Positions 50,670 to 61,038 of a stretch of DNA of 64,000 nt are shown here, piece by piece. The position numbers and the translations under genes are program-made. The DNA is from Azolla caroliniana (Eukaryota; Plantae; Polypodiophyta): positions 15,252,001 through 15,316,000 of the forward strand of contig JBHGNT010000006.1 of the NCBI GenBank assembly GCA_043228905.1. The letters run 5' to 3'. Positions within the stretch are counted from its first letter, which is position 1, and the number at the start of each line of letters is the position of its first letter. A model generated the notes under the pieces. That model ran no database searches and was not told the origin of the DNA. It worked only from the letters and a program-made list of their open reading frames with translations.

Positions 50670-53600
50670 ATGGAAGGCGGCGGTAGTGGGCCTCCGGGCA
50701 TGATGGTGTTGAACTCACATAACTACGCCGACTGGAAGATAAAGATGGAAGACCTTCTCATCGTCCGAGACCTGTATGAACCGATCGACAATGCCGAGAT
50801 ACCCAAGGGGGTAATAGAGTCGGAGTGGAAGCTCCTGAACCGGAAAGCCGTAGCGACGATCCGGCAATATGTCGATGTAAGCGTTCTACAACATGTGGCG
50901 AATGACACCAACGCATATGAGATGTGGAAGAAGCTGTCGGGCCTCTACGAGAGGAAGAATGCGTTGAACCGGACCTCCCTGATGAGGAAGATAGTGAACC
51001 TCAAGTACCGGGACGGCGAGAATATGGTTGAACACGTGAGCACGTTCATGGGATTCGTGAACCAGCTTGCGGCGATCAAGTTCCCGTTGGAGGATGCAAT
51101 GCAAGCCATCATTCTGATGTGTACATTGCCGGAAAGCTGGGAGAACTTGGTGGTGACTCTCAGCACCTCCTGCACCGAAGATAACTTGTCTCTACAAACG
51201 GTAAAGACAAGCATTTTGAACGAAGAAGCGCGTCGGAGAGATAAAGAACCGGTTTCCGATCCGAAGATGCTGCTTACCGAATCGGATCGGGGAAGACAAT
51301 GGAACCGGAGTCCGCAAAGACGGGAGAAGTCGGGGACCCGGTCGCAGTCAAGAGGAAGGCCCACATGCTTCCACTGTGGGAAGCCGGGGCACTTCCGGAA
51401 GAATTGTCGGCATTACCGAAAAGACAACGGAGCCGACGACACCGATTCGAAGAAGTCACCGGAGCGAAACGGTGCATACCGGGGAGCCACGGACCGGAGA
51501 TGTCCGGATCGGCGAGGGCAGGACCGGAAAGGAACGACGGCACTCGCGGCAAGTGAAGAAGAGATAATGCTCATTACCGAAGAGAGGGAGCTGAACCTTG
51601 CCGGTGAAGAGATGACCTGGGTGGTCGATTCCGGAGCGTCGTTCCACCTGACCCCGGAGAAGAAATACTTCTCATCCTACACAGCCGGTGAGCACGGCTG
51701 TGTCCGGATGGGAAATGAAGGTACATGCCGGATTGCCGGCATAGGAGATGTGTGGCTGATGACATCAACCGGATGCAAAATGCTGCTGAAGGATGTTCGA
51801 CACGTTCCGGAGGTTCGATTGAACCTGATTTCGGCCGGGAGGCTAGACGATGAAGGCTACACGGGTAGCATCCGGAACGGTGTCATGAAGTTCAGCAAAG
51901 GGAGCCTGATAGTGGCTCGGGCCCGGAAGGTCAACACACTGTACCTGATGAATTCCCGGCTATGTCCGGAGGAGCTGAACGTGGCAGCTGACACTGCCGG
52001 TGAGCTGTGGCACAAGAGACTGTGCCACATGAGCGAGAAGGGGTTGAAGAGGCTTGCCGAAGACAACCTGATACCAGTGAAGCATGTGCACCTAGAGAAG
52101 TGTACCGACTGTCTGGCCGGTAAGCAAAACCGGACCTCCTTCCACTCAAGGCCACCGACGAGACGTAGCGCACCATTGGAGTTGGTGCACACTGACGTGT
52201 GTCAGGTAGAAACGAAGTCACATGGCGGAGCCCAGTATTTCGTAACATTCATAGATGACCATAGCCGGAAGCTGTGGACGGCACCGTTGAGGACAAAGGA
52301 CCAAGTGTTGTCCGTCTTCAAAGAACTCCACGCGAGAGTGGAAAGGGAATCCGGCAGGGAGCTGAAAGCGATACGAGCGGATAACGGAGGAGAATACCGG
52401 CGGCAGTTCGAGGAGTACTGTCGCTCGAAGGGAATCCGGCTCGAGTTTACTGTGCCGAAGACGCCGGAACTGAACGGGCTGGCCGAGAGGATGAACCGGA
52501 CCATAATGGAGAGGGTCCGGAGTATGCTGGCGCATGCGAAATTACCCAAGGGGCTTTGGGCTGAGGCAATGTCGACGGCGACATACGTGATAAACAGATC
52601 ACCCTCAGTACCTTTGGACGGAGACACGCCGCAGAGAGTGTGGACCGGTAGGGAAGTATCCTACCGGCATCTGAAGGTGTTCGGGTGTCTCGCATATGTG
52701 CATGTGGCAAAGGACCGGAGAGGAAAGCTAGATCCAAAGACCCGGCCATGCATATTCCTCGGTTACGGCGACGACGAGTTCGGCTACCGAGTATGGGACC
52801 CGGTCAACAAGAAGATATTCAGGAGTCGTGATATCATCTTCATGGAGGACAAGACACTCGCCGACTGGGAGTCGGAGAAGAAGATGAAGAGCTCCAAGGC
52901 GACCGGTGAGGATCAACTCTACGAGGAGCAGTCCCGACCGGCAAGGGACCGGTTAGCACTCGAGGATCCGGCCGAAGACGGTGAAGAAACAGAACCGGCC
53001 GAGGAAGATGAAACTGATACCGGAACCGGCCCCGATCCCGAAATGGATCCGGATGAAGAAGAAACGGAAGAGCCGGTTACCGAAGCTCCGGAACGGAGAT
53101 ATCCTCTAAGAGAGAGAAGGGCCCCCCGGAGATTTCCGGAACCAGAGCACTTGCTGCTAACCGACGAGGGGGAGCCAGAGAGTTTTGAAGAAGCAAAGCT
53201 TGACACCCATAGCCGCAGGTGGTTAAGTGCCATGCAGGAGGAGATGGATTCCCTGCATGAGAACCACACATATGAACTTGTGGAGTTGCCGAAAGGAAAG
53301 CGGGCACTTCGAAACAAGTGGGTGTTCAAGCTGAAACCGGGAGATGCCGGAAATCCCCCGAGATACAAAGCCAGGATCGTGGTGAAGGGGTTCCAGCAGA
53401 AGAAGGGCGTCGACTTCGACGAAATATTTGCCCCGGTAGTGAAGATGACCTCCATCCGGACGGTGCTGAGCATAGCGGCAAGCATGGACCTCGAGGTAGA
53501 ACAGATGGACGTGAAGACGGCATTCCTTCACGGTGACCTCGATGAAGAGATCTACATGCAGCAACCGGAAGGATTCGAGAAGAAAGGGAAGGAGCACCTG

Positions 53601-54743
53601 GTATGCCGGTTGAAGAAGAGCCTTTACGGACTGAAGCAGGCTCCCCGGCAATGGTACCGGAAGTTCGACTCCTTCATGACCGACGAAGGGTACCACAAAA
53701 CGCAGTCCGATCACTGCGTGTTTGTGAAGAAGTTCGAAGGAGGAGACTCTCTAATACTCCTCCTGTACGTGGACGACATGTTGATCGTCGGACGGGACCA
53801 GGTCAAGATACGGATGCTGAAGAAGGCACTTCACCGAACCTTCTCAATGAAGGACCTGGGTCCGGCGAGGCAAATACTAGGGATGCACATCATCCGGGAC
53901 CGGAAGAAGAAGCAGTTGTGGCTGTCACAGGAGAAGTACGTGACAAAGGTGCTTAAACGGTTCAACATGTCGGAAGCTAGACCGGTCGGATCGACCCTCC
54001 CGGCAAACTGCAAGCTGTCCAGCAAGCAAAGCCCCAAGACAAAGGCTGAGAAAGAGGACATGATGAAAGTACCATATGCCTCTGCCGTCGGAAGCTTGAT
54101 GTACGCAATGGTGTGTACAAGACCGGACATAGGATATGCAGTCGGAGTGGTGAGCCGGTACATGAGCAATCCCGGCAAAGAGCACTGGAACGCGGTCAAG
54201 TGGATACTCCGATACCTGAAGGGCACGACAAACGTGTGCCTCCGATTCGGCTCCGGTAAGCCCGAACTCGACGGCTTTACCGATTCGGATATGTCGGCTG
54301 ATGCAGATACCAGCCGGTCCACATCAGGGTATGTGATGACGTGTGCAGGGGGAGCTGTTTCGTGGCAGTCGAGGCTGCAGAAGACGGTTGCGTTGTCAAC
54401 CACGGAGGCGGAGTACATGGCGGCTGTTGAAGCCGGCAAGGAAATAATATGGATGAAGGACTTCATTAGAGAGCTCGGTATCCGGCAAGAGGAGTACCGA
54501 CTCTACTGCCACAGTCAGAGTGCCATCCACCTTGCGAAGAACGCGGCCTATCACTCCCGGACGAAGCACATCCAGCGAAGATATCACTGGATCCGGGAAA
54601 GGATAGAAGACCAGGAGTTCGTGCTGATGAAGATCCACACGGATGAGAACGGCTCAGATATGCTGACCAAAGTGCTCACACCCGACAAGTTGGAAGCATG
54701 CCGGAAGAGGATCGGATTGGAGAGACATCCCATGCCGAAGTGA
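50670..54743 (+). CDS. gag-pol: Uninterrupted Copia Gag-Pol polyprotein (1357 aa)
   Basis: CFHCGKPGH knuckle, VDSGAS protease, HTD/ADNGGE/GLAER integrase, YVDD RT and TDSD/TEAEY RNase H; the ATG lies just after the PBS. Confidence 0.96.
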   Translation: MEGGGSGPPGMMVLNSHNYADWKIKMEDLLIVRDLYEPIDNAEIPKGVIESEWKLLNRKAVATIRQYVDVSVLQHVANDTNAYEMWKKLSGLYERKNALNRTSLMRKIVNLKYRDGENMVEHVSTFMGFVNQLAAIKFPLEDAMQAIILMCTLPESWENLVVTLSTSCTEDNLSLQTVKTSILNEEARRRDKEPVSDPKMLLTESDRGRQWNRSPQRREKSGTRSQSRGRPTCFHCGKPGHFRKNCRHYRKDNGADDTDSKKSPERNGAYRGATDRRCPDRRGQDRKGTTALAASEEEIMLITEERELNLAGEEMTWVVDSGASFHLTPEKKYFSSYTAGEHGCVRMGNEGTCRIAGIGDVWLMTSTGCKMLLKDVRHVPEVRLNLISAGRLDDEGYTGSIRNGVMKFSKGSLIVARARKVNTLYLMNSRLCPEELNVAADTAGELWHKRLCHMSEKGLKRLAEDNLIPVKHVHLEKCTDCLAGKQNRTSFHSRPPTRRSAPLELVHTDVCQVETKSHGGAQYFVTFIDDHSRKLWTAPLRTKDQVLSVFKELHARVERESGRELKAIRADNGGEYRRQFEEYCRSKGIRLEFTVPKTPELNGLAERMNRTIMERVRSMLAHAKLPKGLWAEAMSTATYVINRSPSVPLDGDTPQRVWTGREVSYRHLKVFGCLAYVHVAKDRRGKLDPKTRPCIFLGYGDDEFGYRVWDPVNKKIFRSRDIIFMEDKTLADWESEKKMKSSKATGEDQLYEEQSRPARDRLALEDPAEDGEETEPAEEDETDTGTGPDPEMDPDEEETEEPVTEAPERRYPLRERRAPRRFPEPEHLLLTDEGEPESFEEAKLDTHSRRWLSAMQEEMDSLHENHTYELVELPKGKRALRNKWVFKLKPGDAGNPPRYKARIVVKGFQQKKGVDFDEIFAPVVKMTSIRTVLSIAASMDLEVEQMDVKTAFLHGDLDEEIYMQQPEGFEKKGKEHLVCRLKKSLYGLKQAPRQWYRKFDSFMTDEGYHKTQSDHCVFVKKFEGGDSLILLLYVDDMLIVGRDQVKIRMLKKALHRTFSMKDLGPARQILGMHIIRDRKKKQLWLSQEKYVTKVLKRFNMSEARPVGSTLPANCKLSSKQSPKTKAEKEDMMKVPYASAVGSLMYAMVCTRPDIGYAVGVVSRYMSNPGKEHWNAVKWILRYLKGTTNVCLRFGSGKPELDGFTDSDMSADADTSRSTSGYVMTCAGGAVSWQSRLQKTVALSTTEAEYMAAVEAGKEIIWMKDFIRELGIRQEEYRLYCHSQSAIHLAKNAAYHSRTKHIQRRYHWIRERIEDQEFVLMKIHTDENGSDMLTKVLTPDKLEACRKRIGLERHPMPK

Positions 54744-54808
54744 AGGGGGAGTTTGTTGGGATTTCGGTCCCTCCGGATGGGATGTCCCCGGAGATAAATG
54801 ACGGCAAG

Positions 54809-55000
54809 CCCGGTTACGGAGCCGGATGCTGAAGACCCCGGTTACGGAGCCGGATGATGAAGACCCCGGTTACGGAGCCGGATGCTGAAGACCCCGGTTA
54901 CGGAGCCGGATGATGAAGACCCCGGTTACGAAGCCGGATGCTGAAGACCCCGGTTACGGAGCCGGATGCTGAAGACCCCGGTTACGGAGCCGGATGACGA
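54809..55000 (+). repeat. 28-bp tandem repeat in the 3' LTR U3 (6 full + 1 partial unit)
   Basis: Same unit as in the 5' LTR, with one extra copy. Confidence 0.9.
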
Positions 55001-56123
55001 TTGTACCCGGAGAGAGATCCGGATGCGGGGACATATTTGTGAATATGTTTGCTAAGAGCCCTTGAGGCTATATTTGTAAATAGCCCGAAAGTCATATGTG
55101 TATAAATATGACTTAGGGCAAACAGTTTATGTTGTTGCTCATTTTTGAGAGAGAGAGAGAAAAGTGAGTAGCCGAGAGAGAGAGAGAGAGAGAGAGAGAC
55201 GAAGAGGTCGTTGCCTCTGTGTACTGCCGCCGCCTGTGGCGAAGACAGTGAGCTCAAGGTTGTTGCCTTGTAGCTTCACCATTGTACATCTCTGTCTATA
55301 GTGATAGTTGGAGTTTGAGGACTCCCGTGGTTTTTCCCCAGTTAGGGTTTTCCACGTAAAACATCCCGTGTACTCTTCTCTCTATTGTACTTCGTGCATT
55401 TTGTATCTCCTGTTTTCTGAAAGTTGATCCTATTCCTCGGTTGTGTCCGAGCACTGTTGTCCTACATCTTTATAGGTTCTCTCATGCATGTGAACGTAAG
55501 TGTTTGCGGAAGCGTAAAACAGAGAACAACACACACACACACACACACACACACAGAGCAAAACGCAATTTCAAAATTATATCAAGACTACACACCTACA
55601 CACTGTGCTAAGTAGCACTATTTATACAAGTCCTCTTGGAACTGACAGAAGTACCATGTACTTCAATGCTCACACGAGCATCTGACACTTACTACGAGAC
55701 TATAGATACCTAGTAGTCTATCCTATTCTAGGCTTCTGATTGGACTGCCGGTTACGGATTGCACCCAACCTCCACTGCTTGCCGGTTCGGTTACTCACCG
55801 TCATACCGATCCGTTTCGCCCGATCCGTCTCGCTTACCGGCTCCGGCTTATTCAGCCGATCCGGCTCCGGTTGAGCTTGCCGCTCAACACTCCCCCTCAA
55901 GCTCAACCTGAGGTGGGGTCGTAGTGTCAACCTCTGTGGCAGTCGGTTCTTTCAACCGACTTCTCCTGGCGTCACTCTGCCTTGCTCGCGCTCCTCGTCC
56001 GGTCCGGTCCCGTTTGCCGCGACCCCTTTGATTCTGTGCGCCTCGACCCTCTCGGTCGGCATGTCTGCTCAATAGGCCCATCTCAGCAGTCACGTTGCTG
56101 TGACTCCGGCGCTTGCCGATTCG

Positions 56124-59100
56124 TCAGTTCTCCCACGATGGCATCGACTTCCGCTGTGTCTGTGTCCCCATGGCCTTCAGTCGATCCGACTCATCCGGAT
56201 CCATCTGTTGATCCGAGTTAGTTGTCTCTGACTCATTCCAGCTCTTGTCCGAATCGGTACACTCTAATTCGACTTCCGGCTTTAGGCCTCTCACCACATC
56301 GGACCACTTCCGAGTCTTGGCCTTCTCCATGCTGCCCTCGGCTTCTTCAGCCGGTGAACCGAAATCGAATTCTTCACAGCCGCTTGCTCCGACCTGTTCG
56401 GATGTGTCGACTTCCTTCGTTGACTCGGCTTCCTTCATCTTCTTGTCTCCTCTTCTTCCGGCTCTCCTCTTACTGACGGGTTCAACAGGTTTTTTGTCTT
56501 TGCGAGTTTCGGTAGAGACTTTGCCCTTGCTTCTCCCCCTCAAGTGCGGCACGTCGAGATGCTGAATACCAAGCATGTTGGTAAAGTGTTGCAACTTGTC
56601 CAATCCGAGCGGCTTGGTGAAGATGTCGGCAACTTGCCGATCCGTATGAACATACCGTAGGTCAACTTCACCGCTCAGGACCCGCTCATGCACGAAGTGG
56701 TAGTGCACCTCGATGTGCTTTGTGCGAGCATGGAACACAGGGTTCCTGGCGAGCTGCAGGCTGCTCATGTTATCGCAGTAAATCGGGATCGGGGTCGGCA
56801 CCTCGATCCGCAAGTCTCGCAGCAGTCGCCGAAGCCAGATGGCTTCACAAGTGGCAACGGTAGCGGCCCGGTACTCAGCCTCAGTGCTTGACAAAGCCAC
56901 TGTGGGCTGCTTCTTGCTGCTCCACGCAACAGCCGCGCTACCTATGGAGAACATGTATCCGGAAGCGGAGCGGCAATCAAACGCATCGCCGGCCCAATCA
57001 GCATCTGTGTAACCGACAAGCTCTTCGGGTATACCTCGCCGGTATAGTAGACCTCGGTCCTTACTGCCGTTGACATACCATAATATTCGTTGCGCGCACT
57101 GAAGGTGCTCCACGGTCGGCTTCTGCATGAACTGACTTACCATGCCGACCGGATAGCTGATGTCGGGTCGGGTGATGGTTAAGTAGAGCAGGCTTCCCAC
57201 AACCTTTCGGAACCGTTTCTCATTGCAGGCCGGTCCGGAGTTGGGACGAAGCTTCTGGTTCCGGTCCAGGGGTGTGGAGACAGGTCGGCAATCCGTCATG
57301 CTGAACTTATACAACATATTCAACACGTAATGTCGTTGTGAGAGCAATATACCGTCGGGGGTCCGAATCATTTCGATCCCAAGAAAATAATGAAGGTCCC
57401 CCAGGTCCTTCATTTCGAATGCGTCCGACAACTGGGACTTGATGCGGTTGATTTCGGGAAGACCCGGTCCGGTGATGACTAAATCATCCACATACAAGAG
57501 TATACATACCGGACCATCAGAGCCTTGTCGGATGAACAACGAAGAGTCCGACTTAGAGACAGCAAATCCTAGCTTACGCAACCGGAGCGTGATCTTCACG
57601 TTCCAAGCTCGGGGGGCTTGCTTCAAGCCGTAAAGCGACTTCTTTAGTCGGTAGACCGCCGATGTGTTCTTCTCCGATTGAAATCCGGGGGGCTGAGTCA
57701 TAAAGACTTCTTCTTCAAGCTCTCCTTGAAGGAAGGCGTTCTTCACATCCATCTGGTGAAGATGCCACCCCCTTGCCGCAACAACCGCCAGTACCACACG
57801 AACCGTCGTCATCTTCGCCACAGGAGCGAAGGTCTCGTCGTAGTCGATTCCGTGGGTCTGCGCGTATCCCTTCGCCACTAACCGGGCTTTGGACTGGTTA
57901 ACAGAACCATCGGCGTTGTACTTGACCTTGTACACCCACTTGCATCCGATTGGTTTACAGTGACGGGGAGGATCAACTAGGTCCCAAGTTTTGTTGGCAT
58001 CGAGTGCCCGCATTTCTTCATCCATAGCGGTACGCCAATTTGCGTCCTTTGCCACTTCTGCATAGCTCTCCGGCTCACGCACTTCTGTTACCTTAGTCAT
58101 GTACGCATAATGATGCGCCATGTATTCATTGTACCCGTACCGCATGACGGGATCCTTCTGGCGGGATGATCGGCGCAACGCACTGTCACCTGATTTGAGG
58201 CCTTTCTTGGACAGTTCGGTCTTTGTTGCCGAAGATCCACCTTTCTCCTTTCCGGAGTCGGATACGCACTGATCCGACTCATCGTTGCCGGTTTCGAATT
58301 CCGGCATTTTCCTCTTCCCTTTCTCTTTGCGCGTGAACCGTTTCCTCGGTGCCTTGCGCGGGGAGAGCACGACAGAGTCTCCACCACTTGCCGTCTCTTT
58401 ATCCGACTGGTCCAACCGACTCAGTCGCTCGTTCGGTCCACTCAACCGTAACGATTCCAGACTCTCATCTTGAGTCCCGGTTTCATCATCCTCTGCCAGG
58501 GCTAATTTAGGCTCACTGGCCTGATCTTCCGGCATTGGGTCGGGATCGGAAGTTGGAGTCGGTACGGAGTACCAAGATGCCGATTCATCGAACTCGACAT
58601 CCCAGCTAACTCGGACTTCCTTCGTCCGGGGGTTGTAGCACTTATACCCCTTTTGCTCTTGAGCATAGTCGACTAGGATGCATTTTTCCGATTTTGCATC
58701 CAGCTTTCTCCGCTTCTGATCCGGCACATGCACGTACGCTATGCTGCCGAATATCCGTAGGTGTCTTAAGTTCGGCTTGCGCCCGAAATACAGCTCATGA
58801 GCTGACACCTTGTCACCAATGCGGTTTTGTATGTAGACGACCGTCTGGACTGCCTCCGCCCAGTAGAACCGGGGCATGCTCTTCTCCTCCAGCATTGTCC
58901 TTGCCGCTTCAACGAGTTTCCGGTTCTTCCTTTCGGCCACACCGTTTTGCTCCGGTGTGTATCTGCAGCTGAACTCTCGCCGAATTCCCTTCTGCTGCAG
59001 ATAACTAGTGAATTGGCCGGAAAAATATTCCTTTCCGCCATCCAACCGAAGGCATTTGATCTTCCTCTCCGATTCCCGTTCCACCATCTTTTGGAGGCTC

Positions 59101-59657
59101 CGGAAACAGTCGAAGACTTCGCTCTTCCGTTCAATGAGGTAGATCCAAGTATCTCGAGTATGGTCGTCGATGAAGGAGACGAAGTATCGGCTCCCGCCAA
59201 GGCTTACACTTTGTGCCGGTCCCCACACATCCGAATGGATGAGATCGAGCTTGTTACAGCTCTGGTTCCGTTCGGTGGGGAATGGAAGCCAGTGTTGCTT
59301 CCCAAGTTGGCAGGCTTCACAAATTTCGGCTCTCCGACCACTGAACTTCGGCAAACCGAAAACGACTTGTTTCGTTTGCAGGTCTTGAAGCCTCTGGTAG
59401 TTGACGTGGCCTATCCGCTTGTGCCACAGGTCAATGTCCGACTCGACCTTCTGTCGTTCCGCGAACAGAGTGGTGCCTAAGTCATTGGTGTTGAGGATAA
59501 ACATCCTCCCGTCTTTGCGCCCTTGCGCAATGACTTCGCCCTCATCCTCAATGAAGCACCCGAGGTGCGTAAACCGCACCTGCATCCCCTGGTCGACAAT
59601 CTGACCGACGGACACCAGGTTCTTCGTGATTGTCGGAACGTGTAATACGTTCATCAA
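56124..59657 (-). CDS. pol: Pol of element D (protease C-terminus, integrase, RT, RNase H, ~135-aa charged tail)
   Basis: 1177-aa ORF with HSDVWGP, PEQNGVAERKNR, YVDD, YTDADW and YCDN. Confidence 0.92.
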   Translation of the reverse strand: MMNVLHVPTITKNLVSVGQIVDQGMQVRFTHLGCFIEDEGEVIAQGRKDGRMFILNTNDLGTTLFAERQKVESDIDLWHKRIGHVNYQRLQDLQTKQVVFGLPKFSGRRAEICEACQLGKQHWLPFPTERNQSCNKLDLIHSDVWGPAQSVSLGGSRYFVSFIDDHTRDTWIYLIERKSEVFDCFRSLQKMVERESERKIKCLRLDGGKEYFSGQFTSYLQQKGIRREFSCRYTPEQNGVAERKNRKLVEAARTMLEEKSMPRFYWAEAVQTVVYIQNRIGDKVSAHELYFGRKPNLRHLRIFGSIAYVHVPDQKRRKLDAKSEKCILVDYAQEQKGYKCYNPRTKEVRVSWDVEFDESASWYSVPTPTSDPDPMPEDQASEPKLALAEDDETGTQDESLESLRLSGPNERLSRLDQSDKETASGGDSVVLSPRKAPRKRFTRKEKGKRKMPEFETGNDESDQCVSDSGKEKGGSSATKTELSKKGLKSGDSALRRSSRQKDPVMRYGYNEYMAHHYAYMTKVTEVREPESYAEVAKDANWRTAMDEEMRALDANKTWDLVDPPRHCKPIGCKWVYKVKYNADGSVNQSKARLVAKGYAQTHGIDYDETFAPVAKMTTVRVVLAVVAARGWHLHQMDVKNAFLQGELEEEVFMTQPPGFQSEKNTSAVYRLKKSLYGLKQAPRAWNVKITLRLRKLGFAVSKSDSSLFIRQGSDGPVCILLYVDDLVITGPGLPEINRIKSQLSDAFEMKDLGDLHYFLGIEMIRTPDGILLSQRHYVLNMLYKFSMTDCRPVSTPLDRNQKLRPNSGPACNEKRFRKVVGSLLYLTITRPDISYPVGMVSQFMQKPTVEHLQCAQRILWYVNGSKDRGLLYRRGIPEELVGYTDADWAGDAFDCRSASGYMFSIGSAAVAWSSKKQPTVALSSTEAEYRAATVATCEAIWLRRLLRDLRIEVPTPIPIYCDNMSSLQLARNPVFHARTKHIEVHYHFVHERVLSGEVDLRYVHTDRQVADIFTKPLGLDKLQHFTNMLGIQHLDVPHLRGRSKGKVSTETRKDKKPVEPVSKRRAGRRGDKKMKEAESTKEVDTSEQVGASGCEEFDFGSPAEEAEGSMEKAKTRKWSDVVRGLKPEVELECTDSDKSWNESETTNSDQQMDPDESDRLKAMGTQTQRKSMPSWEN

Positions 59658-59666
59658 CTTCCCTTT

Positions 59667-60842
59667 CTATCTGACGTGGCTTAGAGGGACTTCTCCGACG
59701 TGCACGATTGGGTGAGGAGTGTCGTCTCCGGTTTCGACTACTCCTGGTTGATCTGGTTTCTCCAGAAAGGAGAACCACTCTTTGTGGCTCGTCATGTGGT
59801 TTGACACGCTGGAATCAACATACCACACTTCCTCTGTTTTGGAAGTGGTCTTCTTCATTGAGTTTGCCTTGTGATTCATCACCAAGGCTGGACCCTTACC
59901 GGCCTTTCCGGTTCCGGATCCTCCTGATCTGTTTGCGTAGTGCGAGTTTTGCCGGCCATCCTTACCGGTCTTGCCGGATCCGGATTTGTCCGAATCGGCA
60001 CGCTTTCTCCAGCACTCGCTTTCCCTGTGGCCTTTTTTGCCACAATACCAGCATTCCGTAGCAGATTTGTCTTGCCGGCCTCCGGCACCGCCTTGACTCC
60101 CCCTGCTTGTCGAAGTCCCAGAACTACTGTCGGCACGCTCATAGTGTCTCCGTTCCTGCTCTTGCCGGCCGCCTCCATTGCGTGCCGACCCACCTCTTCC
60201 ACCACGCCCACGGAACCGATCCGTTCCCATGTACAACATTCGGCTGTCCGGGGATGCACTGGTAGATGCACCGGCATGGTTCTCCTCTATAAGGAGCATT
60301 GATTGTAAGTCGAAGAATGAGGGGGTATTCTCCCTTGTACACACCGCAGTCCAGAACGCTCCGAACTTAGACGCCAGGCCTCTGAGACATACCTGCACCA
60401 TCTCGTCTTCCTCTACGGTAACATTGATAGAGGCGAGCGAGTCGCAGATCTCCTTTATCCGGCCCGTGTAGTCTGCCACGGACATGTTCTTCTGTCGAAC
60501 ATTGCTCAACTCCTGTCTGAGTTGCAACTTTCGGGTAGTGGTGCTTGCGGCGAAAACCTTTTTCAGGTTCCCCCAAGCATCCTTCGGTGTCTTGGCGTCA
60601 CGGATGTGGCTGAGCAGCTGATCGCCGACACTGGACGCGAAGCAGTACATCACCCTGCTTATCGCCTGTTCCCATACCGGGAAGTCCTTGTGTGCCGAGT
60701 CTGGCGCCGCATCATTCGCTCCTTCGACATAACTCCAGTACCCGTGTCCAAGCAGGTACTGGTGCATCTTGTAAGACCAGGATGCGTAGTTGCTCCTGTC
60801 GAGCTTCTCCACCGGGAGCGACGTAGCCATGCCTCTATCCAT
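59667..60842 (-). CDS. gag: Gag-protease of element D (stop/frameshift separates it from pol)
   Basis: 391-aa ORF with CWYCGKKGHRESEC and WYVDSSVSNHMT. Confidence 0.9.
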   Translation of the reverse strand: MDRGMATSLPVEKLDRSNYASWSYKMHQYLLGHGYWSYVEGANDAAPDSAHKDFPVWEQAISRVMYCFASSVGDQLLSHIRDAKTPKDAWGNLKKVFAASTTTRKLQLRQELSNVRQKNMSVADYTGRIKEICDSLASINVTVEEDEMVQVCLRGLASKFGAFWTAVCTRENTPSFFDLQSMLLIEENHAGASTSASPDSRMLYMGTDRFRGRGGRGGSARNGGGRQEQERRHYERADSSSGTSTSRGSQGGAGGRQDKSATECWYCGKKGHRESECWRKRADSDKSGSGKTGKDGRQNSHYANRSGGSGTGKAGKGPALVMNHKANSMKKTTSKTEEVWYVDSSVSNHMTSHKEWFSFLEKPDQPGVVETGDDTPHPIVHVGEVPLSHVR

Positions 60843-60975
60843 GTCTTCTACTGTGTCTGTTTTCGACCTGTTAGGGTTTTCTTCTCAAGAGTAAATGTCT
60901 GCAGCAGAGGTTCTCAACCCTCGTGCTCTGATACCATGTGAACATAAGTGTTTGCGGAAGCGTAAAACAAAGAAC

Positions 60976-61038
<63 letters not shown>

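Larger units (their letters stand above)
49948..55466 (+). mobile_element. Full-length young Ty1/Copia element A (LTRs 49948-50638 and 54754-55466); TSD TCTTT
   Basis: Near-identical LTRs, PBS-iMet at 50642-50653, PPT GAAGGGGGAG, and TCTTT at 49943-49947 and 55467-55471. Confidence 0.97.
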
